Assembly (NCBI GenBank): GCA_963705305.1
Contig: OY970067.1
Span: 1,216,001-1,280,000 of the forward strand
Direction: 5' to 3'
DNA: 64,000 bases
DNA from: an uncultured Methylomirabilota bacterium
GTDB taxonomy: Bacteria > Methylomirabilota > Methylomirabilia > Methylomirabilales > 2-02-FULL-66-22
Notes under the pieces: model-generated
The model's database searches: none
What the model was told of the DNA's origin: nothing
Seen by the model: the letters and a program-made list of their open reading frames with translations, nothing else
Shown: positions 31,907 to 42,773 of the stretch, in pieces
Layout of the letters: the number at the start of each line of letters is the position of its first letter
Numbering within the stretch: the stretch's first letter is position 1
Made by a program: the position numbers and the translations under genes

Positions 31907-32890
31907 TGCGCGTGGTGCCGGTACGGCTGAGAGCCGGCCCGCCGGCGCCCGGGTCGGTTACAATCGGAAGAAGCCCGGCCGACGCTCCTATCATCCCATC
32001 CTCTGCCTCGAGGCGCACTGCCATGAATTCTGATGTGGGAGCCTGCGGCCCGAGAACACGGTGGCGGCAACAGGGGCAGTGCCCTTCCTTTGCGCGTGCT
32101 TAGCCAAGGTTCCCCCGACGATCATTTGGAGCCGGTTCCACTTCCTGATGGATTCGGGCTTCTTCGGCAATCGGCCCGTCGAGTTCCTCGAGTGGGAGAG
32201 TTGCGGGTATATCGTCGTGGCCAAAGAGTATGCCGTCATCAAGACCCGAGCACAGGCCGTTCGGTTCGCGCATATCCAGAACGGCTGGGGGGCAGGGGAG
32301 TTCCGTTACCAATTGCACCGCTGAGAGCAACTCCCTCGCTTCATGCTGGTCCGACGGCCTATCCCCGAGGACACAGCCGAGGCGGAGTAGATCACCCTCT
32401 CCAAGGACGTGAAGTATGTGTACCACCTGTTTGTGACCCACCTGCCCCTCAGCCCCTGGTGGACCTATCGATTTTACAACCCCCCTGGCCACCATCGAGA
32501 AGAACATCCGAGAGTTCTTGCACGACTATCCGGTGGGCAAGATCCCAACGGACAAAGGGACCGCCAATGTTGCCTTCTTCCGGCTCCTTCTGCTTGCCGC
32601 GGACATTGTCCATTGGCCCAAACAACTCTGTTTGATCTCCACCTACCTCATGACCACGTTGGGCACCATCCGCATCGATTTTCTGGTGCTCATGGCTCGT
32701 CTGGTGCGCGAGCACAAGCAGACTGTCGTCAAGCTGCCGCGGGATTACCACTACCGGACCGAGCTCCTGGCGGCGATGCGCGCCACCGAACGGATGCGGC
32801 CCCCTCGCATCCTTCGTTTCTGCAAGTAAGCCGGCTGCCCTCTCCGTCTAAGCCCGTGTCGAAAAAGTCGGATTCGTGCAATTTTGAGTT
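31907..32890 (+). mobile_element. Degraded IS1380-family transposase remnant
   Basis: Fragments GYNRKKPGRRSYHP, DSGFF, YRFYN..ATIEKNIRE with stops and frameshifts; ends approximate. Confidence 0.75.
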
Positions 32891-33013
32891 ATATACACAC
32901 CCTCCCTTGATTACCGGTTCTATCGTTTGGTGCGAGTTCTGGCTAGCACGCGCCCCCCCTTGCGCTCGGTTCCGACCAGCCGAGCGCGTACGAACAAGGC
33001 TTCCAGCGACAAC

Positions 33014-34039
33014 CTAAGCCTTCGTCATTTTCATCACCCTATCGACGAGATCGGCACCGATTTTGTCGCGAAACTCTGCATAGACCGGCTGCATCGCTTT
33101 CTGAAAGGCTGCGAAATCCGTGGCAGTGACCGTCATCCCGTTCTTCTCGCAGAATTTCCGACTTTCCTCCGTTCCATCCGCGATGAGCTTGCGCCAGATG
33201 GGCTGGACCTCCTTGGCTGCCTCCCGAATTGCCTCCTGCTCCTTGGGCTCGAGAGAGTCCAGTTTGGCCTTGCTGGCTGCCAGAATAGCCGGGTTGTAGA
33301 CATGGTTGCTCAGCGCGATGTACCTGGAGACCTCGTATAGCTTATAGCCGACCACTGCCACCAGAGGCATCTCACACCCATCCACCGTGTTCTGCGAAAG
33401 CCCCATGTAAAGCTCAGAGGTATCGAGCGTGATGGGGATAGCACCGGCTGCCTTGATCATTGCGGCAAATATGGGACTGGGCTGGATGCGGATTTTAAGA
33501 CCGTTGAGGTCGGCCGGCTGCTTAACTGGCTGTCTGCGCGTTTCGAAGTCACGCCAACCCAAGGTACCCCAGGTGAGGCCGTAGAGGCCCCCGGGGATCA
33601 TGTCGGTCAACAGTCCCTGTCCGACCGGTCCGTCCAGAAGACGCTCCGCGGAGGGGGCATCCTTAAAGAGGAACGGAAGATCGAAAACTTGCATTCGCGG
33701 GAAAAAGGATGAGAAGCTGCCCGTCGTTGTCTGCACGAAATCGACAATTCCCGTCTGCACCCCGGATATAACGTTCACGGTGGTGCCGAGCTGCGAGCCC
33801 GAGAACACGTGGATCTTGATCGCACCTGCTGTTCGCTCCTCGACTAGCTGGGCGAACCGCAACATGGCTTGATGGGCTGGATGCTGCGGGGTATCAGTAT
33901 GGCCGAGCTTCAGTATGATTGGCCGGGCAGCCCGCGCCACCCGGGGTGCAGCAAGGTTGAGGACCGTGGAGCCAACGCCGCCTGCCACTGCGTAGGTGAT
34001 GCTGCGGGTGATGAACTGCCGTCGGTTGATGCGTCTCAT
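33014..34039 (-). CDS. TRAP substrate-binding protein (DctP) with Tat-like signal
   Basis: RRQFI signal, SQLG, DLPFLF, GLKIR, TVDG.E. Confidence 0.9.
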   Translation of the reverse strand: MRRINRRQFITRSITYAVAGGVGSTVLNLAAPRVARAARPIILKLGHTDTPQHPAHQAMLRFAQLVEERTAGAIKIHVFSGSQLGTTVNVISGVQTGIVDFVQTTTGSFSSFFPRMQVFDLPFLFKDAPSAERLLDGPVGQGLLTDMIPGGLYGLTWGTLGWRDFETRRQPVKQPADLNGLKIRIQPSPIFAAMIKAAGAIPITLDTSELYMGLSQNTVDGCEMPLVAVVGYKLYEVSRYIALSNHVYNPAILAASKAKLDSLEPKEQEAIREAAKEVQPIWRKLIADGTEESRKFCEKNGMTVTATDFAAFQKAMQPVYAEFRDKIGADLVDRVMKMTKA

Positions 34040-34522
34040 GGTCCCGCCTCCTTTGCTTGTCCGTTGGATCGTCTCCAAGTTGGTGAGATTGACACCCCCA
34101 TACGGGAGGCTCGACTTTCACTACCAAACGCCCAAAGGTCCGGGCCTTTTGATTCTATCGACCCCACAGCCGAGAAGTTGTCTGCATGTCGGCCAGCAAA
34201 CCCTTTCGGGCAAAGCACGCCGAAGACCTTGGTGGCGAGCGGACAGCGGGTGTCTGCAATAGATCGATAGATCTGTCGCCCTGGAATTCCCGATATGGTC
34301 CCATGTTCTCCTCTTCTTATGCTCCCTGAGCGCCGCCCCATCTCCACCCAGCCATTCGGCCCGTCCCTCAGAGGCGATAAAGACCCTTTTCGGACTGCCT
34401 GCCCACCATGGACCACATGCTCCAAGGCTCGCCACCGGTGAACCACCCGCGTCAGCAGCCCCTCCTCCGGCTCCGACCCCGCTTCTCACGACCCTCCCTC
34501 TGGATACCGTTGGCTGCGTGAT

Positions 34523-34628
34523 GTCCGGTGGTGCGATGTCTCACCGAAATGCATCTTTTGGTTTGTCGCGAACCACACCGAATTTGCGCTCCCTTTGATA
34601 GATGGCGCTCTAACTGCTCACTTCATGT
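34523..34628. repeat. 106-bp diverged direct repeat, copy B
   Basis: Matches 29533-29638. Confidence 0.8.
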
Positions 34629-35519
34629 TCTAAGAGGCAAACCGATTGCGGCATGCGCTGCCACGCACTGCTTCGCCTCCTCTGGACTGAGTCGGGGGAG
34701 CGGGGCGACGACCGTGTCGCCCATCAGTCCGAGGGCGCGGGCGATGACCTTGAAAGTGTGGATAGGCGCCCGAGCCCGTAACGTCATCAATTCGTTGAGG
34801 CGGTCCTGCGCGGCCCAGACATTTGCCATCTCCTTTCGGAGCGCAGCATTGTACATACCAACCAACAGATCAGGCCAGATGTTGGCGTGGCCAGAGACCA
34901 GTCCGTCGGCATTGGCGAGCAGGCTAACTCCGGCGTACGCTTGGTTTCCCTGGAAGACGACGAAACCTGGCGGGCGTTGTCGGAGGAGGAGCATCTGATC
35001 TTCAAACCAGTCGCCCGCGGTGTCCTTAATTCCGACGATGTTCGGCACAGCGGCCAGCTCGAGCATCAACTCCGCCTTCATCGCGACGTGGGTATTCTGT
35101 GGAATGTTGTACGCAAGGATGGGCTTATCTGTAGCGCTCGCCACTCGGCGGAAATGCTCGCGCAAATCCCGAGGAGCGAAACCACCATAGTAGTAGGGTG
35201 TCGTCACAACGTAGGCTGCAATCTCGGGAAGGGCCAGCCGAGTCATCTCCTCGATCACTCGCTCGGTACCACATTCCAGCACACCGGCGATTACTGGCAC
35301 TCGGCCGGCCGCTGCAGCCACCGTCACTTCTGCCAGCTTCCGCCTCTCGGAGGGTCGCAGGAACGCTCCCTCGCCGATGCTCCCCAGGATGAAGAGTCCA
35401 TGGACGCCGTGCCCTATGAGAAAATTGACAAGACGTTCAACTGCCGGCCCGTCGATCCGCTCCTCCGGCGAGAGTGGAGTCAGCATCGGAGGAATGATGC
35501 CCGCAAATCTTGTGCCCAT
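34623..35519 (-). CDS. DHDPS family aldolase or dehydratase
   Basis: GSIGE, AYNIP, GIKDT. Confidence 0.9.
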   Translation of the reverse strand: MGTRFAGIIPPMLTPLSPEERIDGPAVERLVNFLIGHGVHGLFILGSIGEGAFLRPSERRKLAEVTVAAAAGRVPVIAGVLECGTERVIEEMTRLALPEIAAYVVTTPYYYGGFAPRDLREHFRRVASATDKPILAYNIPQNTHVAMKAELMLELAAVPNIVGIKDTAGDWFEDQMLLLRQRPPGFVVFQGNQAYAGVSLLANADGLVSGHANIWPDLLVGMYNAALRKEMANVWAAQDRLNELMTLRARAPIHTFKVIARALGLMGDTVVAPLPRLSPEEAKQCVAAHAAIGLPLRT

Positions 35520-35551
35520 CCAGCACTCCTTGCTTGGTTGTCGGAGTTGGC

Positions 35552-36412
35552 TTACGTGATGCTCAGCCTATAGGCTTTGATCGCGTTGCCCCCAAAGATC
35601 TTAGCCTTCGCCACCGACGATACGGCTCCCAGACATGAATCCAGCGCGGCCTTAATCCGGGCATAGGTTCCCCCCAGCAGACACACCGGCCAGTCGGAGC
35701 CGAATATGAGCCGGTCTTCACCGAACCAGTTTCTCACCGCCGTGACGTAGGGTGAGAAATCGGTTGCCTTCCAGCGGGCCAGATCGGCCTCCGTCACCAT
35801 GCCGGAGAGCTTGCACCACACGTTGGGCTGCTCCGCGAACGGTGCTATCCTGGCGCTCCAGACTGTCATCTCTCGTCCCGCTATGTCTGGTTTGGCAATG
35901 TGCTCGATCACGAACCGGAGGCTAGGGAAGCGACGCACGGCTTCAAGTGCCGCAGGCAGCTCACGCGGCCGGACGAGGAGATCGAATGTGATCCCTGCAG
36001 CTTGCACGGCGGCGAGGCCGCGCTGCACGTCGTCCCGAAGGATCCAGCTGGGATCCGTCTCGTCGTGAAGCTTGTGGCGCACGCCAACAAGATACTCGCC
36101 ACCGCGCCCGCTCTGAAGTTCCGCGAGGCCAGTAGCAACCGACCGGCTCGTCAGGTCCACCCAGCCGATCACTCCGGCAATGAAGTCGGTCTCGGCGGCA
36201 AGAGCGAGCCATTCTCGGGTCTCGTCCATGGGAATCCGCGTTTGGACCAGAATCGTCGCGTCGATTCCATTCTCAGCGAGCACTGGCCGAAACTCCTCCA
36301 CCATGAACCGCTTCTTCAGGACGAGTTTCGGCCCAGTCATCCACGGGTACTCGAAGTGGTCCGGATCCACGAAATGGTGGTGCGAGTCAACTACGGGAGT
36401 CTTTATCGCCAT
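35552..36412 (-). CDS. Amidohydrolase-2, L-fuconolactonase-like sugar lactonase
   Basis: DSHHH, GVRH, EHIAKP, CKLSG, FGSDWPV. Confidence 0.87.
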   Translation of the reverse strand: MAIKTPVVDSHHHFVDPDHFEYPWMTGPKLVLKKRFMVEEFRPVLAENGIDATILVQTRIPMDETREWLALAAETDFIAGVIGWVDLTSRSVATGLAELQSGRGGEYLVGVRHKLHDETDPSWILRDDVQRGLAAVQAAGITFDLLVRPRELPAALEAVRRFPSLRFVIEHIAKPDIAGREMTVWSARIAPFAEQPNVWCKLSGMVTEADLARWKATDFSPYVTAVRNWFGEDRLIFGSDWPVCLLGGTYARIKAALDSCLGAVSSVAKAKIFGGNAIKAYRLSIT

Positions 36413-36441
36413 CGCAGCGACTCCTTAAGGCCGGGCCCCGA

Positions 36442-37554
36442 CTACATCCGGCCGCCTGCGAGGTGAGGGGGAACCTCAAGGCACAACTCCTTGGCCAGGG
36501 CGAGCAGGTCCTGGACGACCGGAATCGGGACCTGAATGCCTCGCAGCCGCTGTTCCTCCGCCTTCCGCGCCTCCGGCTCCCCGGGGACGAGGATCTCGTC
36601 AACTCCTTCCATCCGCGGGGTCGCCTTTAGGAGATCGATCATCTGATCAACCCGCGCCTTGAAGGTGCGCAGGTCGCCGAAGTGTGCAATATCGATGGCC
36701 AGGTGGAAATGTCCATTGCCCACTGCAGACTCGGGCGCCGAAAACCAGTTCGGGATCTCGGTCAGGATCTTGGCGCCCGGCAACACGCCAGAGAAGATCT
36801 CGCCGATCACCGCAAGCCCGTACCCTTTGTACCCAAGGGGCAGGAGCGCACCTCCGCGGGGGAGATCGTTCGGATCGTCGGTCTGCTTTCCGTCCTTGTT
36901 GACAACCCAGTCGAGCGGAATTGTCTCTCCTTTCTTGGCAGCCAGCCGCACGCGGCCACCGGCTACCACGCTCATCGCCATGTCCAGCACGACGGGCGGG
37001 TGGCGAAGGGCCGGCACGGCCACCGCCAGCGGATTGTTGCAGATCCGATTCGTGCGTCCGCCCCACGGCGCCATCCCGGGAAAGCTGTTCGTCCAGCCAA
37101 CCCCGATCATGTCGGCGCCGAGGGCCATCATTGGATAATAAGCGCAGGCGCCGATGAAGTCGCTATTCCGCGCCACCACGCAGCCGATGCCTGCCACCCG
37201 CGCTTTTTCCACCGCGACCCGCATGCAGTAGATGGCCGTCACCTGCCCTAGCGCCCGGTCCCCGTCTACCACCGCCGTCGCGGCGTCGTCTCGGACGACA
37301 CGGACGGCCGGCCTGGGATTGGCGCCCCCCTTCTGCACGCGGGCGACCAGGAAAGGGAGCCGAATCACACCGTGCGAGTAGGTGCCCCGGAGATCTGCCT
37401 GGACCAGCGTGTCCGAGACCGCACCCGCATTCGCCGGATCGAGCCCGACGCGTTCAAACGCGGCTTGGGCGAGCCGCTGCAGGTCTTCGGCCGGAATGCG
37501 TACGCACCTCTCATCGCCGTCCCCCCTGCTAGAAAGGGCTGGAGAGGATGCCAT
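36442..37554 (-). CDS. Ldh_2 (type 2 malate/L-lactate dehydrogenase) family oxidoreductase
   Basis: ADLRG..SHG, NPLA, LDMA, GYKGYGL, PGE. Confidence 0.9.
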   Translation of the reverse strand: MASSPALSSRGDGDERCVRIPAEDLQRLAQAAFERVGLDPANAGAVSDTLVQADLRGTYSHGVIRLPFLVARVQKGGANPRPAVRVVRDDAATAVVDGDRALGQVTAIYCMRVAVEKARVAGIGCVVARNSDFIGACAYYPMMALGADMIGVGWTNSFPGMAPWGGRTNRICNNPLAVAVPALRHPPVVLDMAMSVVAGGRVRLAAKKGETIPLDWVVNKDGKQTDDPNDLPRGGALLPLGYKGYGLAVIGEIFSGVLPGAKILTEIPNWFSAPESAVGNGHFHLAIDIAHFGDLRTFKARVDQMIDLLKATPRMEGVDEILVPGEPEARKAEEQRLRGIQVPIPVVQDLLALAKELCLEVPPHLAGGRM

Positions 37555-37598
37555 AGCTCTCTTCCTCCTTGTCACGGCGTCTCTCTTCAGGTGTCCGC

Positions 37599-38405
37599 TC
37601 ACCGCCGCTCGCGCACGGGCGTGACGATCTGGTCGATGTATTGCTTGCACAAGTTCCGGAAGTTGACGATATCGTTCCGGAGGATGATCGCTTTCACCCC
37701 GTAGTTGGCAAGCTTCTTGACCTGCTCCAGGGTGGGCGGAGCTGCAGGGCTCATCAACGCGATCCTCCGTTCGCGTGCCTTGCGCACCAGCTTTTCAAAG
37801 CGCTCCAGAATCGGTGGGGCGTCCATCTGGTAGAGGAGCGAGAGGCCTAGCGACATTGCCAGATCGGTGGGTCCGAAATTGATCATGTCCAGGCCGTCTA
37901 CCTGAAAGATCTCGTCGATGTTATCGAAGAACTCCTTGTCTTCGGCGAGGCCGATCACCACTGTATCGTTGTTCGTCTTCTTGACGAACGCCTCCCAGTT
38001 GAAGTCTCTAGCCGCCGCATATTCGGCAGTCCGCACATCGGAAGAGGCCCCTCGAATACCGCGCGGCGGGAACTTGGCGAAGCGCACCGCCTTCTCAGCA
38101 TCTTCCCGAGTTCGCATGTGAGGAACGACGACGCCGTCCACCCCCATCTCAAAAGCGTTCCGCACGAGGTGCTCGTCGTTACCCTTCACCCGGATTACGA
38201 CCGACACCCCGGATACGTCGGCGGCGCGCATGATGTGCTCGAGGTGGCCGTCTACCGCTAGAGGGGTGTGCTCCGAGTCGAGGAAGATGAAGTCGAAACC
38301 GGAATAGCCGATGACCTCCACGATGGTCGGGCTCGACGTGTAGACCGCCATCCCGAAGATCGGTCCTTCGGACTGCAGTTTCTGTCGGAACTTGTTCTCG
38401 CGCAT
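37599..38405 (-). CDS. HpcH/HpaI-type class II pyruvate aldolase
   Basis: DFIFLDSEH, KFPPRGIRG, GPTDL. Confidence 0.88.
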   Translation of the reverse strand: MRENKFRQKLQSEGPIFGMAVYTSSPTIVEVIGYSGFDFIFLDSEHTPLAVDGHLEHIMRAADVSGVSVVIRVKGNDEHLVRNAFEMGVDGVVVPHMRTREDAEKAVRFAKFPPRGIRGASSDVRTAEYAAARDFNWEAFVKKTNNDTVVIGLAEDKEFFDNIDEIFQVDGLDMINFGPTDLAMSLGLSLLYQMDAPPILERFEKLVRKARERRIALMSPAAPPTLEQVKKLANYGVKAIILRNDIVNFRNLCKQYIDQIVTPVRERR

Positions 38406-38445
38406 GGGAGCCTCCTTGAGTGAGAGCGTGAACATCAACGAAAAT

Positions 38446-39306
38446 CTATGCTGCGCCGTCTTCTTCCGGAAAACTCTCTGTGAGAGACCAGCGGTAGACT
38501 GGTCGGTAGTTGAACGCCTTCTCTGCCTTGGCGCAACTGAGGAGAGAGTCATGCTCTGGCAAGGACCCCCGGATCTCCGTTCGGTCCCCGAAGTAGCGGC
38601 GCGCGAGCTCGTCCGCCGTCTCGGGGAGCACGATGCTGCCCGTGATATTGTAGGATCCAGGCGGCACGTCGGCCGTCTCCATCGCCAGCCGGCATGCGCG
38701 CGCACAGTCCCGGGCATCGTGTCGGGTCCAGAGCAGAAAGGTCCCAGTCTCTGGGCGCTGAGCGAGCTGCGCGATCTCGGCAGGTAGGCGTGCCGGCGTA
38801 CGCGCCGCCATGATCCGGAAGGAGAGGATTGTCAGCCCGTGGTTCGCTATGAAGTACTCCGCCGCCCGCTCGTTAGCGATTTTCGCAAGCGAGTACGGGT
38901 TGAGCGGGCGTAAAGGGTGCTCCTCATCCACCGGAACGTAAAGCGGCGGGTGTCGCTCAAAGCCGTAGACTTGCGCGCTGGACGCGGAGATGATCCGTCG
39001 GACCCCGAGGTCGGCGCACGCCTGGAACAGGTTGAAGGTGCCCTGCACGTTATCGGCGTAGGTGCGCGTGTGGGACACGATCCCCCAGTTCGACCACGCC
39101 CCCATGTGGACCACCGCCTCCGCTTTGGACATGGCCAGCGCCTCGTACACGTCACCGGCATTGATCAGGTCCGCACGCAGGTGCCGGCAGGACAAACCTG
39201 CGCCGGTCGAGCGCCCGATGCTCGTCACCTCATGGCCCGCCTGAGCGAACTCCTGGATAACGTACTGTCCGATGACTCCTGTCCCGCCCGTCACCAGTAC
39301 TCGCAC
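38446..39306 (-). CDS. NAD-dependent epimerase/dehydratase
   Basis: TGGTGVIG, NVQGT, ASS..VYG, YSLAK; GTG start inferred. Confidence 0.88.
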   Translation of the reverse strand: MRVLVTGGTGVIGQYVIQEFAQAGHEVTSIGRSTGAGLSCRHLRADLINAGDVYEALAMSKAEAVVHMGAWSNWGIVSHTRTYADNVQGTFNLFQACADLGVRRIISASSAQVYGFERHPPLYVPVDEEHPLRPLNPYSLAKIANERAAEYFIANHGLTILSFRIMAARTPARLPAEIAQLAQRPETGTFLLWTRHDARDCARACRLAMETADVPPGSYNITGSIVLPETADELARRYFGDRTEIRGSLPEHDSLLSCAKAEKAFNYRPVYRWSLTESFPEEDGAA

Positions 39307-39365
39307 CGTCACCTCCACCTTCGGCCTGGGGCCGCGCCTGCTTGGCACTCGGCGCGCCCGATGAC

Positions 39366-39746
39366 CTACCTCACCTCGAGGATCCGCTTCACCCAATCCT
39401 TCCCGCCCACGCTCTTCGTGAACTCGTCGTACACGGGCCTCACGACCCTCTGCAACTCGCGCATATCAAGATGATGCCGTCGGAGGCCAAGGCGAGGGCG
39501 CTCTCCACCGCTCGCGGCGCCAAATCTACCAAGAACTCGACGCCGATGTGCCCCCCGGTTCATCGTAATGGAGAACCCGAGAAACGAAAGCGAGATGAAG
39601 AGGAACCGCACGGCCTCTTCGGACCAGGCCAGGGACCCGCCGAGGGCATAGCGCACGAGAACTTGCGCAAAGGCCACGGCGGTGATCACTGCATAGAGTA
39701 TCGAGACCACGATGCTCAAGCCTCTGTCGATCCATTTGAGGGCCAT
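39366..39746 (-). pseudogene. Chimeric TRAP remnant: dctQ 5' part fused to dctP 3' tail
   Basis: QVLVRY...WSEEAVR...HIGVE (after a frameshift), then RPVYDEFTKSVGGKDWVKRILEVR. Confidence 0.7.
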
Positions 39747-39791
39747 CCAAACCTCCCTGCGCTATTTGCTGCTGCCGCGGTCCGGTCCTTC

Positions 39792-40553
39792 CTACCCCAC
39801 CATGCTTTCGCCGCCGTTCGGGCACAGCACCTGCCCTGCGTAAAACCCACCCGCTGTTGAGGCAAGGAGCACCGTCGTGAAGGCGATCTCGTCCGGGAGC
39901 GCCGCACGGCCCAATGGCACCTCGGCGTTCCGCCGCCGCCGCCACTCCTGCCCGCGGTGCGCGGCGATCTCCGTCAAGGTGGTCCCCGGTGCGATGCTAT
40001 TCACAGTGATCCCATGCGGCGCGAGTTCATGCGCTAGGGCCCTGGTGAAGGAGATCACGCCGCCCTTAGCCGCACAGTAGTGCACGAGGCCCATCACGAG
40101 CTTGAAGTTCTGTGCCGACACGGAACTGATATTGATAATGCGCCCCGCGCGCCGTGCGATCATCGAGGGCACCACCTCGCGGGTCACCAGGAACACCCCC
40201 GTCAGGTCCACGTCGATGGTCCGCTGCCATTCGGCGAGCGACATCTGTTGCAGGGTGCAGGAGGAGGCAATGCCGGCGTTGTTGACCAAGATGTCGATTG
40301 GGCCGAGCGCCGCGACTGCCTCTTCGACGAACCGCCTGACGTCCAGTTCCTTCGACACGTCTCCATGCACTGCCAGGGACCGGCAGCCCAGCCCCCGGAC
40401 GGCCTCCGCAACCCCGTTCGCCTGGTCCTTGTGCGTCAGGTAGTTCACCGCCACGTCCGCCCCGTGCCTCGCCAGCGCCATGGCGATGGCTTTCCCAATC
40501 CCCCGTGCTGCCCCGGTGACCAACGCCACTTTGCCTCGGACGGAGAAGCTCAC
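39792..40553 (-). CDS. Short-chain dehydrogenase/reductase (FabG-like)
   Basis: TGAARGIG, NNAG, YCAAK, VNSIAPG. Confidence 0.92.
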   Translation of the reverse strand: MSFSVRGKVALVTGAARGIGKAIAMALARHGADVAVNYLTHKDQANGVAEAVRGLGCRSLAVHGDVSKELDVRRFVEEAVAALGPIDILVNNAGIASSCTLQQMSLAEWQRTIDVDLTGVFLVTREVVPSMIARRAGRIINISSVSAQNFKLVMGLVHYCAAKGGVISFTRALAHELAPHGITVNSIAPGTTLTEIAAHRGQEWRRRRNAEVPLGRAALPDEIAFTTVLLASTAGGFYAGQVLCPNGGESMVG

Positions 40554-40649
40554 CTCGGATCGGCTGCCCTGATCTTTCTCCCCGGCTCCCCGGCTCGCCT
40601 TCTTCGCGCCACCAGACCGTGCCCCCAATCTTCACACACCTCTCAGCCT

Positions 40650-40947
40650 TCACCCTTCGGCCGCGCCGGCCTCGAACCTACCGACAATCTGGCGCCGGAA
40701 GAACAGGAAGAGGATGATCGAGGGAATCGTCGTTAACGTCGCCGAAGGTGAGCCCCCTGACCAACATCGGCAGAACTTGTTTCGAATCGCTGCTGATGAA
40801 ACGAGCAGGTAGAGAAACATGGCCCACGACGTCACGAAGTTGTACGCGCCGGTGGCGCGAGCTCGAGCGCACAGCGGAAGGATGATCCGGAGGAACCTTC
40901 TTGTCCGAGACACGCCATCCATCATCGCCGCCTCTTCCGTTTCTCAT
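40650..40947 (-). pseudogene. C-terminal fragment of a carbohydrate ABC permease
   Basis: EEAAMMDG...IILPL...IPSIILFLFFRRQIV; N-terminus absent. Confidence 0.65.
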
Positions 40948-41038
40948 AGCTCGTCGCCATCCTCCGACTCGTCCTCCGCTCCCCCCTACGCCGTCTGGCC
41001 ATCAAGCAGGACGTGCTCACACGATATGAGTGCGCCGG

Positions 41039-41722
41039 TCACGGCGTCTCGCGTTCGGTAATCTGTTCGAGCAGGGCTCGCGAACTCATCTCGAGGTGCT
41101 CCCGCATCAACCGCTCGGCATGGTCGCCATCGCCAGCGCACATTGCCTCCAAGATAGACCGGTGATCCGAGGTCGATCGGGTGATGAAGCCCACGACGCG
41201 TGTATTCTGCGCCCGATAGCGGGCGACGCTGTCCCACAGGCCACGGATCATCTCGAGCAGCCGTCGGTTTCCGCTCTGTTCGTAGATGCTGAAATGAAAC
41301 GCGCGGTTGAGCGCGTCGATCCGCGCATAATCTGTTTGGTAGGGCTCGAGGATCGAGATCTCCTTGAGGTGTCCCTTGAGCGTTTTGATCGCATCGGCAG
41401 TGAGGTGCGAGACTGCCAACCGGGTAGCGAGTCCCTCTAAATTGATGCGGATCGTGTAAATCTCAACCACTTCTTGTGGTTCCAGTCCGAGCACGACTGT
41501 CCCGACGCATGGCTCCACGCGCAGATAGCCTTGCAGTTCTAACGTGCGGAACGCCTCTCGCACTGGCGTTCGGCTCACCTTCAACTGCCGGGCAACCTCG
41601 TCAAGGTTCACCTTTTGCCCGGCGACTAAGACTCCCTCGTGGATCGCGCGCTTGAGGGTATCCTCGACTAGCGTGCGTTTGCTCAAAAACCCCACGGCCC
41701 CGAGGGGGTTTATCTCCACCAC
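41039..41722 (-). CDS. GntR family regulator (FCD domain)
   Basis: VSRTPVREA, NRAFH, DHRSIL. Confidence 0.9.
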   Translation of the reverse strand: MVEINPLGAVGFLSKRTLVEDTLKRAIHEGVLVAGQKVNLDEVARQLKVSRTPVREAFRTLELQGYLRVEPCVGTVVLGLEPQEVVEIYTIRINLEGLATRLAVSHLTADAIKTLKGHLKEISILEPYQTDYARIDALNRAFHFSIYEQSGNRRLLEMIRGLWDSVARYRAQNTRVVGFITRSTSDHRSILEAMCAGDGDHAERLMREHLEMSSRALLEQITERETP

Positions 41723-41748
41723 AGTGCCTCCATTCTTGGGTCTAGTTC

Positions 41749-42660
41749 TTATGGCATTCTCGTCTCAGCATCGGCTATGGCTCCCCGTGACAGGGCCGCG
41801 ACGAGTGGGATCACGTCACGGAGCTGTCGCGGCTTCTCCGTCGCACGCTCCACCACGCGGAGTGCGGCCGACCACTGCAGCTTCCGCCATGTCGCCTCCG
41901 TCATGACTGCATCAATCCCCTCCGCTCGGAGCAGCCTGAACACGCCCTCCATCTCCCCGGCGCGGCGGTGCGCGTGGACTGCGTGGCTCGTGATCAGAAG
42001 CTCGAAAAGCTGTTCTGGGGGTTGCGCCGCCAAGAACTCGACCAGCGACCGCATGATTGCTTCCCGGATCCCGAACGTCTCCGAAGCCACGAGGCATTCC
42101 AGAAGGACGGCCTCGAATCCTTTCGTGAACACGCTCCGGATCACCTTCAACGCAGAGGCCTGGCCTACCTCATGGCCAATCAACGTCAGCTGCATGTTGA
42201 ATCCGTTCAGAACAGACACGAGGGCCTCTGCTCGCGGGCCGGAAACCACGATCGGCACCCGGTGCCCGCTGAGCCGGGGAGACCCCAGGATCCCGCCGTC
42301 CACAAAGTCGCATCCTTGGGCCGCCACCAGACGCTCGATGTGTCGTTTCACAGCCGGCACGGCTGAGCTGAAGTCGGCGAAGATCTGGCCAGAGCGCAGA
42401 CTTGGAGCGACGTCGACGGCCGCCTCCAAGGCTGCAACTGGCACCGTGACCGAAATGATCACCTCGGCCCACTCGCCCAGGGTCTGGACAGTCTGCGCAA
42501 GTGGCACCCCCGTCTCCGCGCTCCGGCGCCGAATTCGTTCCCCGGCCGGTTCAACGTCCCAGTACTTGTCATACGCCATCACATCAGCACCGGCTAACTT
42601 TAGGTCTCCGGCGAAACAAGACCCAACCTCACCGAACCCAAGAATCCCAACGCGCTTCAT
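41749..42660 (-). CDS. NAD(P)-dependent beta-hydroxyacid dehydrogenase family (DUF1932-type)
   Basis: GILGFGEVG, ASALKVIRSVFTKG, HAHRRAGEM. Confidence 0.85.
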   Translation of the reverse strand: MKRVGILGFGEVGSCFAGDLKLAGADVMAYDKYWDVEPAGERIRRRSAETGVPLAQTVQTLGEWAEVIISVTVPVAALEAAVDVAPSLRSGQIFADFSSAVPAVKRHIERLVAAQGCDFVDGGILGSPRLSGHRVPIVVSGPRAEALVSVLNGFNMQLTLIGHEVGQASALKVIRSVFTKGFEAVLLECLVASETFGIREAIMRSLVEFLAAQPPEQLFELLITSHAVHAHRRAGEMEGVFRLLRAEGIDAVMTEATWRKLQWSAALRVVERATEKPRQLRDVIPLVAALSRGAIADAETRMP

Positions 42661-42773
42661 GACCGCCTCCGCTGCATGGCACGTCGCTGTGACAAACGGC
42701 AGCCTTAGCCTATGATTTGCCGGAGTTCGCCCGTCGGCGTCGGCTTCATGGGCCTCCGTTCGTGGGCGAAATG

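Noticed and set aside
34190..34230. c-di-GMP-I riboswitch-like GCAAACC...GCAAAGC
   Set aside because: Lacks the GNRA loop and GACG, and lies on the strand opposite the nearby gene.
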